Shown: positions 47,400-59,189, counted from the stretch's first letter. The stretch: 64,000 nucleotides of DNA from Schizosaccharomyces osmophilus (GCF_027921745.1 NC_079238.1:1736001-1800000), one strand, 5' to 3'. Notes: a model not told the origin generated them from the letters alone. Translations and numbers: made by a program.

Positions 47400-47837
47400 T
47401 TTATATGTTTTCCTTTCCTTTGTTGTTGAATGATATTCTAGGCTTATATGAATTCTTGTCATTTTTTAACAATCAAATTTAACCTGTATAAAAGCTTGTA
47501 GACGCTCTATCGATATAATAGAAAAGGTTCTTGTAAGAATGCAAACAAACGTATAGATATTTCGTCTGTATCTTTTTGGATGCACATATAGCAAAGCAAA
47601 GCAATTCAATAGCATATAGTTATCTTAAAAAGTTCCTTCGATTTTTTGAATGCCTTATCTAAAAACCTCACGTTTCCATTTCCATTTCCAACTTTTGCAC
47701 TTCATCCAAAACAAACGGATTATTCGTTCTCTGTTGATTGTCTGTTTCCCTTTTTCCCTTTTCTGTTTATTTACGTTTCCCATAAAGGCGCCTTTGCTTT
47801 GTCGCTTAAAGAAAAGCCAAATTGGCCTTTCGTAGTT

Positions 47838-47930
47838 CCGCGGATGTCCCGAAACACATACTTATCCGGTAGACCATAACCCATTACGTCTTACGTCGAC
47901 AGCGGCGGCAATACCTCGGCTTCACCGTCA
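47838..47930. promoter_or_regulatory. CGG-N5-CCG elements in the urg1 promoter (candidate Toe1 sites)
   Basis: CCGCGG ATGTC CCG at 47838-47851; CGGCGG CAATA CCTCGG at 47903-47919; CCTCGG CTTCA CCG at 47914-47927; TATAAATA at 47981. Confidence 0.6.
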
Positions 47931-48147
47931 ACATGACTTGAAAGAAATATATGATAAACAAAAGATAGAGCCACGAAAGGTATAAATAAGGCAGCGTCCG
48001 CCACAAAGACATTCATTACCAGAATTGATTTTTACGTTGACAATAAAAACAATTCCAATTAAATTCTTTCAAGCTGAACTTATCTTAGTTCCTCTGTTTA
48101 CATAGAACGAATTTTCTCACATACGCTTTTGTTTCCTAAAACGTACA

Positions 48148-49461
48148 ATGTTGGCTACTGAACAGCCAAAACCTAGCACTCATGAAGAGAATCATCCAAC
48201 TGTTTTGGTGAAGAAGCCTCTGTATACCCGTCCTGTTGTTTTGACGACCTATCCAACACAAAACAAGTCCGACCCTTTCCCTTTAAATTGGGGAGCATCA
48301 TCACCTCAAAAGCGTGGTCCTATAACAGTTTCTCGTTCCATTGAAACTCTTCCTCACAGAAACGCCATTGGAGCTCATGGCGGTAGCTATTGTGTTTACA
48401 ACTCGTTGGCCGTGGCAGGTGGGTTCTTGCCTGCTGACCATCACCCGGATTTTACACTCACACAACCTACCTTTGAGTTTCCTGAAGTTGCTTCCTGGCA
48501 CGATAAGAACAAGATTGTTGCCATGGACCCCTATGGCCATGACACCCCTCGGTACTTTAAAGAGTACTTGGAGAAGGGATATGATATCCGTCCTACTATT
48601 GCTATTACCCGTGCAAACATTCGAGTAACTGAAATCCAACGTTCTATCGAAAATGGATCTCTAGCGGTGGATGGCAAAGTTGTACTCAACAAGGAGGGCG
48701 ACATTGCCGTTACGAAAGTGGCAGTGGAACCTGTTTGGTATCTTCCCGGAGTCGCTGAGCGATTTGGTGTGGACGAGATCACTCTTCGTAGAGCCTTATT
48801 TGAGCAAATGGGTGGTGCTTATCCTGAATTAATTACCCGTCCCGATATTAAGGTCTTTCTTCCACCCATTGGAGGTGCCACTGCTTACATATTTGGTCCT
48901 CCTGAGTACCTGAGTGATCCTACAAAAAAGTTGGCCGTCCGTGTTCACGATGAATGCAATGGTTCTGATGTTTTCCAGAGTGATATTTGCACCTGCAGAC
49001 CTTATTTGGTGTTTGGTCTTGAGGAAGCCGCTAAAGAAGCACAGAATGGTGGCGCTGGCCTAGTTGTTTATTACCGTAAGGAAGGCCGTGCTCTGGGTGA
49101 AGTTGTTAAATACCTTGTTTACAATAAGCGTAAGCGTACTGGAGATACCGCTGACAACTATTTTCGCCGAACCGAAGAATTAGCAGGTGTCCGTGATATG
49201 CGTTTCCAAGCTTTAATGCCGGATATCCTCCACTGGTTCGGAATTACCAAAATTGAACGCTTGCTCAGTATGTCTAACATGAAATACGATGCCATTGTCG
49301 GATCTGGAATTTCTATCGTGCAGCGCGTTACGATCCCAGAAGACCTCATTCCTGCCGATTCGCAAGTCGAAATCGACGCCAAAATTCAGTCTGGATACTT
49401 TTCTGATCAAAAGAAAGTCACGCAAGAGGACTTGGCCTGTGTTCACGGTCGTACCTGGTGA
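48148..49461 (+). CDS. urg1: GTP cyclohydrolase II-like URC1-family protein with N-terminal GTP_CH_N extension
   Basis: Motifs RNAIGAHGGSY, RPTIAIT, RVHDECNGSDVFQSDICTCRPYL, RKEGRALGEV.K and SMSNMKYDAI. Confidence 0.95.
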   Translation: MLATEQPKPSTHEENHPTVLVKKPLYTRPVVLTTYPTQNKSDPFPLNWGASSPQKRGPITVSRSIETLPHRNAIGAHGGSYCVYNSLAVAGGFLPADHHPDFTLTQPTFEFPEVASWHDKNKIVAMDPYGHDTPRYFKEYLEKGYDIRPTIAITRANIRVTEIQRSIENGSLAVDGKVVLNKEGDIAVTKVAVEPVWYLPGVAERFGVDEITLRRALFEQMGGAYPELITRPDIKVFLPPIGGATAYIFGPPEYLSDPTKKLAVRVHDECNGSDVFQSDICTCRPYLVFGLEEAAKEAQNGGAGLVVYYRKEGRALGEVVKYLVYNKRKRTGDTADNYFRRTEELAGVRDMRFQALMPDILHWFGITKIERLLSMSNMKYDAIVGSGISIVQRVTIPEDLIPADSQVEIDAKIQSGYFSDQKKVTQEDLACVHGRTW

Positions 49462-50869
49462 ATGCACGGCTAATTATTCTTTGCATGTGCTTGTCTTTGA
49501 AATTTTGTCTGTTCCACTCATTGTTACTTTTTTAGCTTGAGGCTTTGTTCATGTCTTGACGAGCCATATCTATCTCTTCACCTTTCATGTTTATAATAAT
49601 TTCCGTTTTCCTCTATTCGTCTTTTGTAAAACGCACTGTAAGTTCTCTGTTTTGGAAGTAGTTTCTAGTTTGTACGGACCGCATAGGGTTTGTTATCACT
49701 CTTACCAACTCTGGGCTTTCTTTTACTCGTACATTCTAAACTTTTTGTATTTCTTTTATTTCCCTCTACTGCTTCTTGTAAGGTAAATAAGTACGTGTTA
49801 ATGGCAAAAAGGATCGACTTTGTTAAATCTTCCCTGTTTGCGACATTATGAGATGCGGCTTCCATGGAAAGCAAGCAATCTTTCATGTAAACAAAAACAG
49901 CTGTTAATACTGTAAAGTTCTATACATATTTTAATAGATCCGTTTTTAAACCCAGCAAATTTATTCAATAGTAAATCGTACACAGCTCGCATCAGAGGAG
50001 CTTTTAATATTACAAAGCGTCGGTAGACAATGATAATACTAATGCATATATAAGTCATAGATCAGCATAATTTAATCAATCGAGGATTCAAAGCAATGAA
50101 CTAGCAGTAGTTATTCTGCATTTATACTTTTTCGACTCTTAAAATTGTCAAATGCTCCTAGGAGAGAACTTAATCGGAAATTTCGCTGGCTGAGTTAATA
50201 GACCTGTTCGATAACAGAGATTTTAGTATCACCAAAGCCATTCCTACAGTAAATTCTATCACGTATTTTATACGAATAAGAATATCTTTAATAACTCTTT
50301 AACTACGAGCAGTTGTATTCTGCTTATGCTATTACATTCAGCAGATTTTATGCGAAACTCGTTTTTGTTATGTTATTATAGTAAAGAAACATATTACTAG
50401 TACCTACTGGTAAATTTCTCTGTTGAGGGATCTTTGTTTCCTCTAGGTTCTGGTCTATTTCCTTACTTTCTCCTTTATTAAAGTATCTTCTGAAAGGGCT
50501 ATATCTGAATAGGTACTTATATCTCCCTCAGCAGTAGCGTAAATTCACTTCTGTTTTATCATCGAATATATTATTTTACTTGAACAAACCCGTGTTTTTT
50601 CTTATATTATCACTTTGCAACTTTACCAGGGTAAATCCATTTACTTTGAGTATCTATAAAAGATCAAAATAGAAAGAAAAACGCTGTTTTGGAATTTCCG
50701 AATTTTTGGGGTAAACAACAACAGACTTTCAAAGAGATATCCAGATTGAACCTCTATATACCTATACTATTAATAAAATCCTGCGCCGATTGTTTGGGTT
50801 CTTCTCTGCTAATGACTCTTTTTTTTTTTATGCATAGACTGTCAATAAAGCAAACTTGAAGAGTCCTTA

Positions 50870-52592
50870 ATGAATGGAATGAAAGCCCAACATCCATCCA
50901 GTATACTTATGCTTAAACGGAAAAGAGCATTGGAAGCTTGTGACTCTTGCAGAAAACAAAAAACACGATGTCTTGCAGGTCCACCCGATGATGAAGATCG
51001 CACATGTTTGCGGTGTCGTTCTTTACAGCTCGAATGTAGCTTGGCCAAATTTAACCAGACTCTCCGTAAACCTGATGGCGATGCCTTGGAATCTTCAGCA
51101 GCAGTCATTCTCAATGTAAATCTCGAAAAAAGGTAAGGTTTAAATTAGCATCACAACAGTATCCTTTTCTTCTAGTTAGGTGTGTCTTTGCTAACTTTTT
51201 TTTAGACTTAAAGTTTTGGAAAAGGCCGTAAGCTCTCTTTCAACGTCGGCCCTCCATGCACGACCCACCTACCCTTCTGAAGACATTTATCTCAACGGTA
51301 TACTCTCTCTTGATGAAATTGAGCTCTTATTGGATATTTTCATTGAACGCTATGGTAAGCGTTGGCTATCACTTGACTGTACTGGAGCTGAATATCTCGA
51401 GTTTCTTTACCGCAAGTCTCATCTTTTGCTTGTAACTGCTTGCGTAATAGCTTTGCGACACAATCCTTCTCTCAAGGCCCGAGTGTATTCACAATTACTT
51501 GATATAGTTGATCTCCTCGTTTCCCAAGAATTACTGACTGCATCGCCCTCTCTCCAATTTTTTGAAGCTGTCTCTATATTGTCTCTGTACCAACCTCTTC
51601 GTTACGTTCAAAAACAAGATCTTTGGCTCCTTAGCGGGTTTGCCTTGCGGCACCGCATCCTCTCGAGTACCCAAGGTTGGTTCAACGGCTTTGTAGGTTC
51701 TCGATCAACCCTTACTTACCTGGACATTGTTCCTGCTCGTACTTGGAACCATCTTTGCCATGCCCATTTACTCATGTGTATAGGATATCGTCGACATGCA
51801 ATGCTTGAAGAACCCACCTTCGACGAGTGTAGAAATATTTTGACCAACTGCCAAGCCAGTGAATTCGATGGAAACATCCTTGGTATGTTGTCTGTTTATT
51901 CCATGTTGTATCGTTTACTTCGTTCGTCTTTTGATTTAGATTATGCCATTTTTCAACTCGAAGAATGGCGAAAAGAATGGTGTCACTTATGGGAGCAACC
52001 CGAACCAGTGTATTCGCAGGTTGCTTATTTTTATGCTTACAATGTCGTTTATGAAGTTGGCATCCAAATGACTTCAGATACGAAGCATCTTGCTAATATT
52101 GCAGAATATGTTGGTATGCTTGAAACGTATGCTTTAAAGACTGTCAACGCCATTTTTGAACTCTCTGCGTATGATATGTCTCGTTGTTCTGACCATGTCT
52201 TGTTTCATGCGGCCTTTGCTTGTGCCAGCATGCTACGATTAATGTATGCGGCGAAAACCAAAGACATTGGTTCTCTAGCGGTTCAAACAGAACTTTTGAA
52301 CGAAGTTGTTACAAAGACATGGAAATGGCTTTTATTGATTAGCGTCGATCAATATCATTTCGCTACCAAATTCGCTACCTACTTAAAAGAGTACCAATCT
52401 ACTGTCAACGAGGCAGACCCAGATACTTTTCTGTCTTCCGCCAAATCAGGTTCTTCTATTGTCCCTTCGTCTTCTGATCCAACGTCGACTCCGTCCACAT
52501 GGTATAGAGGCCCACCTCGAGCGGTATCCGATGCAACACTGCAAGGAATAAAGCCATATAATTTAGGAGTGGCTACTGTGGAACATGGCTAA
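50870..52592 (+). CDS. toe1: Zn2Cys6 transcription factor Toe1 (pyrimidine salvage regulator); exons 50870-51132, 51206-52592
   Basis: ACDSCRKQKTRC......TCLRCRSLQLEC. An intron (GTAAGG..CTAAC..TAG) joins the ORFs as EKR-LKVLEK. Lies inside the urg cluster as in S. pombe. Confidence 0.85.
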
Positions 52593-52682
52593 ATTTGTTG
52601 TGTCATCCGCTTCGTTGAATGATAAAGTCTTTTCTTTTATTGTGCGTTGATTTTGTGTCAAAAAATAAAAGGGTTAAGGGTA

Positions 52683-52699
52683 CCGCGGGGAATCCCCGG
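52683..52699. promoter_or_regulatory. CCG-N11-CGG palindromic element in the uck2 promoter (candidate Toe1 site)
   Basis: CCGCGG GGAAT CCCCGG, one mismatch from the consensus; TATATAT at 52743. Confidence 0.6.
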
Positions 52700-52861
52700 A
52701 AATAGGAATGAAGAGTATAGCTGTGTATCAGAATTTGTCCCTTATATATGAAACAAAAAGTCTCTCGGAAAATGCCGTTTTTGTTCATAAATTATCGTTT
52801 TCATACCCATTTCCTCGTCCTTCTTTGTCGCATTTTTTGACTCAAGTTTTTTACTTCTTAC

Positions 52862-53568
52862 ATGTCTCGTTCAAATTTTGGACTGGAAAATGTACGAGTT
52901 CTTCATCAGACTGTGTACTTAATTTCGTTAATGACAATTATTCGTGATAAAAATACCAATCATTCTGAATTTGTCAGAACATCAAATATAATCATTAATA
53001 TGCTGGTACAGGAGGCAATGAATTATGTCCCCATGAAGAAACACCTTATTGTTAGTGGTTCTGGTGGTACATACAATGGCTTTAAGCCTGCCCAAAAAAT
53101 ATGTGGTGTAAGTATTTTGAGAGCTGGTGAAAGCATGGAACATGGCTTGAATGCTGCTTTTCATTCCGTACCCATTGGGAAAATCCTTGTCCAAAGAGAC
53201 GAGTTGACTTTTGAGTCCAAGCTCCTATTCTGTAAATTGCCCAAAGGCATTGAAGCCTATTTGGTTTTTCTTATGGACCCTTTGTTGGCAACAGGAAACT
53301 CTTCTGTCCTTGCCATCCAGGCGTTATTACGAAAAGGTGTCCCAGAGGAAAACATCGTTTTTCTTAATCTGATTTGTTGTTCTCAAGGTATTGAGAATAT
53401 TGGAAAGCGATTTCCTAAACTCAAATTGGTTACTGCAGCTATCGATCCAGAATTAAATGATCAATGGTACATCATAAAACCATTTTCTATTATCTATACT
53501 AACCATTGTTTAGCTATGTGTTACCTGGCTGTGGAGACTTTGGAGACCGCTATTTTGGTACTTCTTAA
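52862..53568 (+). CDS. uck2: Uracil phosphoribosyltransferase, eukaryotic Fur1 type; exons 52862-53466, 53514-53568
   Basis: Motifs CGVSILRAGESME, IGKILVQRDE and LMDPLLATG. Splicing out GTACAT..CTAAC..TAG restores YVLPGCGDFGDRYFGTS*. Confidence 0.88.
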
Positions 53569-54378
53569 AACCATTGTAAATTTACGCAATTGCACATACA
53601 CAAATATATATTTGCTTGCAATTATCTCTGCCATGTGTTCTATTTATGTATAATATATATTATTGAATAAACTATGTAAAATCATTGCAATTAGGTCAAG
53701 TGAATACGTTTAGAAGAGAGCAAGGGTAGTGCAATGGTCTCCAAGTCAAAATGATTTTCTTTTGAATAATTTATCTATTACTTGAGTAAAGTAAACGGAT
53801 AATTTCTAAACAATCTCGTCGTTAGAATAATTCGGCTTTTCAAGGTGCTTGTTCAAGAGTAGATGTCTTCAATTCAATGCACGGTACCACATTCCTACTA
53901 ATTTAAAATGGAAAATAAAATTCCTAATTGTTTATTTTGGGTTTTGTAAAACAATCACCACTCTCTATTCCATGTTTTATTCTAACGAACCTTTTTAGTA
54001 TTATCTCTTGGGCAGAAATAAACTTATATTAAAAAGCATTAACTCAAAATGAAATGAAATAACTTACCCTGTTTACGGAAAAAACGTACATAAATAAATA
54101 ACATGTTATTAACATAAAGAAAGACATAAACATCTTTTTCATACAAAAATGGAAAATAAATATCTAAAAATAAATAAAATGAAGCCTTGATACCTGCATT
54201 GATTCAAATGAAAATGCTATAGCTATAAGTTCGTCAGTAGGTGATTTTGATAAAAATACATAATAAATCAAGGAATCAAGGCAGAAATTAACTAATCCAA
54301 AAACCAATTAAAAAAAATTTTAACGAAACGACTAACAATTAGTGAGATACGTAAGAAGAACAAAGTGAAAAACATAAC

Positions 54379-56079
54379 TTATGGCAAGCAACCAACTTCT
54401 TTGGACTTAAGACTGTGAACATCGCTTTTCTCATCCTCCTTGCTTGGTAAGCCATCAATGAAATAATCAGAAGAACTGTCAGTTGTATCTTCCAGACTTA
54501 TTAAGAATTCTTCTGTTTCTTGAGGTGTTTCACTTAAGAACTTCTCACCTAACTCAGTAACAGGGAACACATAGCAGATCAAAATATGGGTCAAGGCACT
54601 GACTAAGAATCCCAAAAAGTAATTGAGATTGAACATGGTGCTTGCGGCAGTCGGTACTTTGTTACCAGTGGAACCAGCCATACCAACAATGTTTATCAGC
54701 ATACCACATATATAAGAAACAAAGCCACGGAAATTAATCCCCTTGTAAAAGTAATAGCAGCTAGATTCGTCGGACTTGTAAAGATGTGAAGTTCGAATAT
54801 ATCCTTTACGGATTATAAAGTAATCGGCAGTAAAAATGCCAGCAAAAGCCGACATGAAAACCGAGTAAGAAGAAAGATATGTGGTAAAATTGTTGCTAGA
54901 ACTTAGCAAATTCCAAGGACACATGCAAATAGCAATTATGGAAGCGAGGTAAGCACCGCGACGGACATTAAATACGGTAGGAAGCAACGCAGAAATATCA
55001 TTACCGGCAGAAACAGAGTTTGCTGCCACGTTTGTACCAAGTTGGGCAACACAGAGACCAAAACCGATGAAAAAAACGCCAGCACGAACACCATGGGCAT
55101 TTGAATGGTCCAAAAACGCCGAAAGGAGACTAGTTGGGTCCCAATAAGCCTTTCCATAGATTGACTTGGAAGCAGAACTGACAAGGATACCAATTAAGGA
55201 TGTGATACCGAATGAAAGGGGTACAGTAATGATTTGAGGCCAGAGGTTGGCATTAGGAGTAGTGGCAAATCTAGCAAAGTCCGGACTATTAACGGCCAAG
55301 GTAGCAAAGCCATCCAAGACAGTTACAATGCCATTTACGACGGTCCAACCATGCTCCCATTTCGGAAGGTTTGTAGGCTCGTGAATGACAGGACCAGCGC
55401 CTTTGGCTTTGACAAGGGCCCAAATTAAAAAGGCGACTGCGGCAGGAGGAGCGATAAAAGCCTTAATGGTAAAAAGATGGCGAATTTGATGAACTGGAAA
55501 CCAGATTGCGACATTCGAAACGAGCCAAAAGATAAAGAAGCCAACCCATTGGTAAGTTTCGGTACCACTGTTCCCCATGGTATTGTGGATATGGGAAAAG
55601 GAGGGCCAAATAGATCGTAGCATTAAGACGACACATTCACCTCCAATCCAGGCGTGGACACCAAACCATATACATGCCATGACACTGCGATTTAAAACAG
55701 GCCATAAAGAGCCCCAAATACCAAACGAACAGCGAGAAACTACAGGAAAGGAAACATGATAGACGGCACCAGGACGACCAGTTGCAGCGATCAAAAAACC
55801 ACAAATCATGTAACCTACCCAGACGCAAATCCAAGCTTCCCACCAATTGAGACCAGCTTCAATGGCAGTAGCTGAAATCATCCAAGTGTTAATGTTTACA
55901 GATTCAGCAAGCCAAAAAGAAATATAGTTCCAATGCCCCCAAAGACGCTTGCTGCTTGGGACAGGGTATAAATCCTCGTTAGTCAACATGCGTTGCCTCA
56001 AAGATAAACCTGGCTTTTGGTCTAACAGGATAATGTCTTTGAGTTTTTGGTAGACCTTATTTTCCGTGACTTTGCCCAT
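54379..56079 (-). CDS. fur4: NCS1-family uracil permease
   Basis: Motifs [39 protein letters not shown] and [10 protein letters not shown]; first ATG at 56079. Confidence 0.92.
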   Translation of the reverse strand: MGKVTENKVYQKLKDIILLDQKPGLSLRQRMLTNEDLYPVPSSKRLWGHWNYISFWLAESVNINTWMISATAIEAGLNWWEAWICVWVGYMICGFLIAATGRPGAVYHVSFPVVSRCSFGIWGSLWPVLNRSVMACIWFGVHAWIGGECVVLMLRSIWPSFSHIHNTMGNSGTETYQWVGFFIFWLVSNVAIWFPVHQIRHLFTIKAFIAPPAAVAFLIWALVKAKGAGPVIHEPTNLPKWEHGWTVVNGIVTVLDGFATLAVNSPDFARFATTPNANLWPQIITVPLSFGITSLIGILVSSASKSIYGKAYWDPTSLLSAFLDHSNAHGVRAGVFFIGFGLCVAQLGTNVAANSVSAGNDISALLPTVFNVRRGAYLASIIAICMCPWNLLSSSNNFTTYLSSYSVFMSAFAGIFTADYFIIRKGYIRTSHLYKSDESSCYYFYKGINFRGFVSYICGMLINIVGMAGSTGNKVPTAASTMFNLNYFLGFLVSALTHILICYVFPVTELGEKFLSETPQETEEFLISLEDTTDSSSDYFIDGLPSKEDEKSDVHSLKSKEVGCLP

Positions 56080-57457
56080 ATTGCCCAAGAAAAAAAAAAA
56101 CAAAGACGGTACTTTCCAAACAATAAAATAAAAAAGACTAAAAAGATAAAAAAACGAGACGATAAGAAGCCAAGAAACAGAAATTCACGAGGGAGAAGTG
56201 TCAATGAAAGATTTTTTTTAGTGCAACCCTCTAGGACGAAAACTTTTTGCTAAGACTTTGAGCCCAAAAAAAACAGGCAAATGTTTCTTTAGATTCAAAC
56301 TGGCTTAAAAGGAAGGATACAAAATGGATATATGCCCAATTTTGCAGGGCGTGGTGTTTGGGAAAGACAAGCTTGGATTGCACACAACAAAAATTTTTAG
56401 GCAGCCACGAAGCATACGACTTGCACAACTTCGCTAACTTAATAAGCTCTTTCGAAACGAAGGACAAAAATTGCTACTCCAAAAGCACGAAAAACAAAAA
56501 TTCGCTTTGCAGCTGTTGGATGTAAAAGAAGGCGAAATGGCGAAATGCACTTTCAACAGGAATGTAGTAGGAAGAAAGAGAATACAGTGCTTGTGCTCTA
56601 AAAACTGGGTCTTCAGTCTTTGGTTGATTGTAAATGTTCCTGATTAGGCCTTGGAAGAAGAGTGAACGAGATGTCCCTGTAGGAGAAAAAAATAACGAAT
56701 GAATGCACAACGCTTCAAAAAGAGTCAATGGAACAGAAAACACACACAGGAATGGGGAATTGGGCAAGAAGAATCACAATGTTTTAAATTTGAACAGGAT
56801 TGACTAATGTTTCCTTTCCTTGGCGAATCAAGGAAGCAAAAACGAGCAAAGAAAAGGAAAGAAAAAGAAAAAGATAATGTTGCTTATGCTTATGCAAGGA
56901 AGTTTGCTCTATTTATGTCCTTCCTCACCTGTCGTATCTAAACTTACGTTTCTGCTCCTCCACGCTGATTATCAAAAAGCCTGGTTTGTCTTATCGAATG
57001 CATTGGAGCCTGGAGCTTTGATAGCACTAATAAAAAGAGAAAGCAAAGAAAATAGGCATTGCTGTTCTTTCTTAGACCCCGGTAGGAAAAGCACCCCGTT
57101 TCATTCCTTCCATGGTTTCTTGCTTCCTCGCTTTCTTTGGATTCTTTGGTTTTTAAAATTTTTAAATTCTTTGACTAGAAACGGTAATGGCAAGCTCATA
57201 CAAAAGATCAATATCCTTCTTTTCTTTTTGTAATCTCGTAGCCTTTTCTATCCTTGGATGGAAGAATTGCGCTACATGTACAAACAATCATCTTTAAAGA
57301 AATATAACCATCCAAGTGTCGTTTTTTTATTTCATTTCATTTGTTTTGTTTTGTTTCGGAAACGGTTTGCTTTTTGTTTTTGGTTGGATGGGTCCGTTCT
57401 CTTTGTTCTTCTTTAGATCAACATAAAACATTCGTTCCTTACTTTTAAAGTATACTA

Positions 57458-57477
57458 GCTAAGCTAAGCTAAGCTAA
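57458..57477 (+). repeat. (GCTAA)4 tandem repeat upstream of phs1
   Basis: Read directly. Confidence 0.85.
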
Positions 57478-57543
57478 AAACCCAAGTTACATTTTGATAT
57501 TGTTGTTTGTTCCCAACTTGTATTCCACCACATATATTGCAGT

Positions 57544-58335
57544 ATGGTAAAGACATGTAAGAAATAATGTTCTAGAGGTAAAGATTCGTCTGCTAATCTC
57601 GTAGTTTCAACCCAGTATCTTAAATTGTACAATGTTTTATCGTGCTTTTTATGGCTAAGTGTCTTAATTCGAGCTGGCTTGCTTTGGCACATCTCTGGTG
57701 ATCAGCGTGCAGTCTTCAACCACACAAACGTCTTGGTACGTTGGGTCCAAACGTTGGCTTTGGCCGAAGTCTTCCATAGTATCCTTAGGTTCGTAAAGTC
57801 ATCTCCCTTCACCACTGCTATCCAAGTACTTTCTCGTCTTATACTTGTTTGGGGTGTCTGCTATCTTTTCCCACAAAGCATCAATACCTCTCCCATCTAT
57901 CTGTTTATGATTCTAGCTTGGTCCATCACTGAAGTTATCCGTTATGCATTTTACGCTTGTAACTTGGCCGGCAGTGTCCCCAAGTTGCTTTTATGGCTTC
58001 GTTACAATACCTTTCTTGTTTTGTATCCCATTGGCGCCGGAAGTGAATTGTTGCTCGTTCTGAAAACGTTTCGTGTTGCCTGGAACACCTTCTTTTTGAG
58101 TAAAATTGTGTGGACCGCTGCCACTGTAATCTATCCTTTTGGTATGTACTCTGCTTGTTCCTCGCTTTGTTCTAGTCAACTTTACAATTGTCTGTTCGAG
58201 ATGAACAAACATGCTAAGTCGTTCGTTCCTTTACATAAACTGACATTTTTTTTAGGATTCTACATGTTGTACACGCACATGATTTCCCAACGTCGTAAAG
58301 TCCTTAAACTTACAAAGAAGGATGTTAAGGCCTAA
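57544..58335 (+). CDS. phs1: Very-long-chain 3-hydroxyacyl-CoA dehydratase Phs1; exons 57544-57556, 57605-58141, 58256-58335
   Basis: Motifs YLKLYN, QVLSR, AWSITEVIRY.FY, LRYNTF.VLYPIG.GSE and YTHM..QRRK. Confidence 0.92.
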
Positions 58336-58737
58336 TACAAAGTGCATCATCGCTTCTCTACATGATTTTCGATCTCTCAACTTGTTCGATTCCTAGAAAG
58401 TATCTATACTCACTCACTCTTTTCGTCATTCATTTTAATTTTCAAAGGCTATACAAACAGTTGGTAATTCTTTTTTATATTTTCTTCTTTCCCATGAGAT
58501 ACCATTCTCATGAGTTTTTGCAACAGGAAGGTGTTTCCAATAAGTAGAAAGTGCAGCAGTCAAAATAAAACTGCTAATAAAAGACAAGATTAGCAATGCT
58601 TTTCTTCCCCTTTGATCATGTTATTATTCAGTACAAAAAGCAAATCTTGATTGTATATTCGTAAAAGCGTTGCAGAGAACTTGTTCACCTCAATCTGCTA
58701 CTTTATAATAGTTTTATAGCTCGTTTTATTCACTTTC

Positions 58738-59189
58738 TTAACGTCGTCCACCACGAGTCGGTAACGGCGTACCACGAGCAGGTCCTACTTTGAACATAGG
58801 TGCGTTTCTATCTCAGTCAGTAAAACTTGCTTTCACTGTTACCGAATTAGCTTACTTGAGCATGTCTGGAACAATCAAAAATCGAATGTGAGATCCCCGA
58901 ATGTATACTTGGTCAAGATGAGAAACGCGTCCATCTCTGGCAGTGACGCTTATGTCTTTCATCTGGCAGTTCATATTGTCTTCCGCTAAATTATTTGTTA
59001 GCCGACATTTTTAAATTGGTACTTTACCTTCAATCAGTTTGCCTCTATAAGTAGAACCATTTTCCAACTCCATACTAACGATGTGCCCTAACAATCAACG
59101 TTAGTGTACTTAGCTTCATAAAAAAAAGAACAAAAGAATAAAGGTTAAATACCTTGGGACTCATGGAGCAGCTTTAAGCACAAAGACAT
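58738..59189 (-). CDS. smd3: Sm core protein SmD3; exons 59189-59153, 59087-59028, 58985-58856, 58807-58738
   Basis: Hand-spliced product [40 protein letters not shown]...[23 protein letters not shown]...RGGRR*. Absent from the ORF track because the exons are short. Confidence 0.93.

Noticed and set aside
47884..47897. (TTACGTC)2, a CRE-like tandem in the urg1 promoter
   Set aside because: Both copies lack the full TGACGT core, so they cannot be called Atf1 sites.
53467..53653. Apparent hydrophobic C-terminal extension or frameshift of uck2 in the ORF track
   Set aside because: Explained by a 47-nt intron; splicing restores the conserved PG.GDFGDRYFG end.
53569..54378. AT-rich convergent spacer as replication origin or LTR remnant
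   Set aside because: No TG...CA LTR boundaries or target duplication; AT-richness alone is not diagnostic.
56080..56560. U-rich fur4 leader as a UTP-sensing attenuator
   Set aside because: Similar T-rich leaders precede other genes here (e.g. the MFS permease); no specific evidence.
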